Assembly (NCBI GenBank): GCA_963783575.1
Contig: CAWAOD010000009.1
Coordinates: 1-64,000 of the forward strand
DNA: 64,000 bases
Direction of reading: 5' to 3'
Source of the DNA: an uncultured Spirochaetota bacterium
GTDB taxonomy: Bacteria; Spirochaetota; Brevinematia; Brevinematales; JAOACQ01
Made by a program: the position numbers and the translations under genes. Each line of letters opens with the position of its first letter. The stretch's first letter is position 1. Positions 62,698 through 64,000 of this stretch are shown here, in pieces. The notes below the pieces were generated by a model. It saw only the letters and a list, made by a program, of their open reading frames with translations, ran no database searches and had not been told where the DNA came from.

Positions 62698-62838
62698 TTG
62701 ATGGTTCTATACATATATTCAAAAGAGAAGAAGAATTAAATTATAAAGTGATAGAGGATCAAAACAAAAAGAGAATAGCTTAAAGAAAAAGGGATATTTT
62801 AAAATAAATAGAAAGGGGACATTTTAATTTGCTTGACA
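62697..62838 (+). mobile_element. IS1202/ISNCY-like right-end remnant
   Basis: LDGSIHIF...KRIA* followed by GGGATATTTT / GGGGACATTTT repeats ending TTGACA. Confidence 0.55.
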
Positions 62839-62856
62839 CAATCTTTTGTAGTTATA

Positions 62857-62916
62857 TTGACAATTCTTTTTAAATAATCTATTATATAATGACTGAATAT
62901 TCAGTCATTATATAAT
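62857..62916 (+). promoter_or_regulatory. Sigma70 promoter with perfect 36-bp palindromic operator
   Basis: TTGACA-17-TATTAT; ATTATATAATGACTGAAT/ATTCAGTCATTATATAAT 62881-62916. Confidence 0.8.
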
Positions 62917-62936
62917 TTTATTGAGAGAGTGAAATA

Positions 62937-64000
62937 ATGTCACCAAGAAGGAAAGAAATTAATGAGCAGATCCGTAGCGACCGGCGTAATCAAATACTTC
63001 AGGCCGCACTGAAAGTCTTCGGTAGGAGAGGACTGGCGGCGGCAAAAATCAGTGATATAGCAACCGAAGCTGGATTCAGCCACGGATTGGTTTATAATTA
63101 TTTCGAATCAAAGGATGAAATTTTCACAGAACTGGTTAAAGAGGCCCTGGATTACTCCTTGGGTATAATAGCCGCTGCTGTTAAGATGCAGGGTACTGCA
63201 TGGGAACGTATTCAAAGTATAACCGAGACAATAGTAAATGGGGCTTACCAGGGCATAGCGCCTTATTATATTTTGATCATGATCCAGGCATTCACATCGG
63301 ACGCTGTTCCTCCAGAGGTTAAGGAACTTTCCACCAGACAATCCCTTGCCTATAATGAAATGATGCTCCCCCTGATCAGGGAAAGCCAGCAATCAGGGGA
63401 GATAGCTCCCGGTGATCCTAAGCAGTTATCAATAGCCTACTTTGCACTGATACAGGGCCTTGCGATTTTGAAGATCCAGGGGGGGAAATCTATTCCTGAC
63501 CCATCTCCTGAGGTTTTACTGCGACTATTGCGTAATGGTCCGGTAATGATCGATGAAAACGATACATTCCAATCTGCTGGTTTTAAACCGGTCTTTTCAG
63601 ACGAAACTCTAGTCTATCAAACTTCAGATGGTAAATCAATTATTATGGTAATAATAAGAAAAATCAGTGAAAATGGTGAAAAACTCTTGAGAGTTGAAGA
63701 GATTAATAAAAAGACAGGTGAAAAAACACTGATTTCAGCCAGGGCTGATGATCTACGGCCAAGATCAGTACAGATTTACAGCGGTAACAGTGAGAATGTT
63801 CTTCACATTAGATATTCTTCCAATACTGCCGTTTTTGAACTTCCAGATCATAAATCCCAAAAGACAATTAAACTGAAAAACAGCTTTTATGATATGCATA
63901 CGATCACCTACCTTTTCAGGGGTTATCCCTTCGGCAGCGGAACCAGAGTCAATTTTAGTATCGTTACCGATGGATCAAAAAATGGCCCATCGGGTAGTTT
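62937..64000 (+). CDS. TetR family regulator with long extra C-terminal domain (partial, runs off window)
   Basis: Hand-translated open frame: MSPRRKE...ILQAALKVFGRRG...AGFSHGLVYNYFESKDEI, no stop to 64000. Confidence 0.88.
   Translation, partial: MSPRRKEINEQIRSDRRNQILQAALKVFGRRGLAAAKISDIATEAGFSHGLVYNYFESKDEIFTELVKEALDYSLGIIAAAVKMQGTAWERIQSITETIVNGAYQGIAPYYILIMIQAFTSDAVPPEVKELSTRQSLAYNEMMLPLIRESQQSGEIAPGDPKQLSIAYFALIQGLAILKIQGGKSIPDPSPEVLLRLLRNGPVMIDENDTFQSAGFKPVFSDETLVYQTSDGKSIIMVIIRKISENGEKLLRVEEINKKTGEKTLISARADDLRPRSVQIYSGNSENVLHIRYSSNTAVFELPDHKSQKTIKLKNSFYDMHTITYLFRGYPFGSGTRVNFSIVTDGSKNGPSGS

Noticed and set aside
867..63392. Numerous short antisense or overlapping ORFs in the track (e.g. 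40818-41447, 17816-18232, 63108-63392)
   Set aside because: Shadow frames of well-supported genes on the opposite strand or frame.
1..64000. CRISPR array, tRNA or rRNA genes
   Set aside because: No regularly spaced repeat-spacer series and no recognisable structural RNA gene seen by eye.

Overview
AT-rich bacterial chromosomal window. A spirochaete-like host is plausible from the lipoproteins and IS types, but this is a low-confidence inference. 1-7.2 kb: start of a trans-AT-type modular PKS (KS-pseudoAT-DH-KR-ACP-KS, running off the window) broken by five single-base indels. 7.7-37.7 kb: accessory and regulatory genes (TetR/PadR/LuxR regulators with visible operators, CyaB, GH5, an MFS-HEAT-2xcNMP protein, a lipoprotein cluster, an acyltransferase operon, two histidine kinases sharing a near-identical 655-bp kinase core, and a REC-GGDEF-EAL protein). 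38.3-49.4 kb: a complete Wsp/ACF-like chemosensory operon whose last gene is a REC-adenylate cyclase. 49.4-59.9 kb is the most interesting part, an integrase-free gene-capture array. Four copies of the cyclase 3' end alternate with unrelated cargo genes (CDC-like pore-forming lipoprotein, beta-propeller-CBM4, ankyrin protein, RetSat-FNR fusion, membrane protein). Most cargos follow a repeated sigma70 promoter ending in ATTCTTCCTATCAGTC, and the first such repeat lies just downstream of an IS91/ISCR-type transposase remnant. This mirrors the 3'CS-ISCR1-cargo-3'CS layout of complex class 1 integrons, with a chromosomal signalling gene as the recombination anchor. The window ends with mgsA (16-bp duplication), a GT39 gene, an IS1202-like scar and a TetR fusion gene behind a perfect 36-bp palindrome. 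No tRNA, rRNA or CRISPR array was seen.
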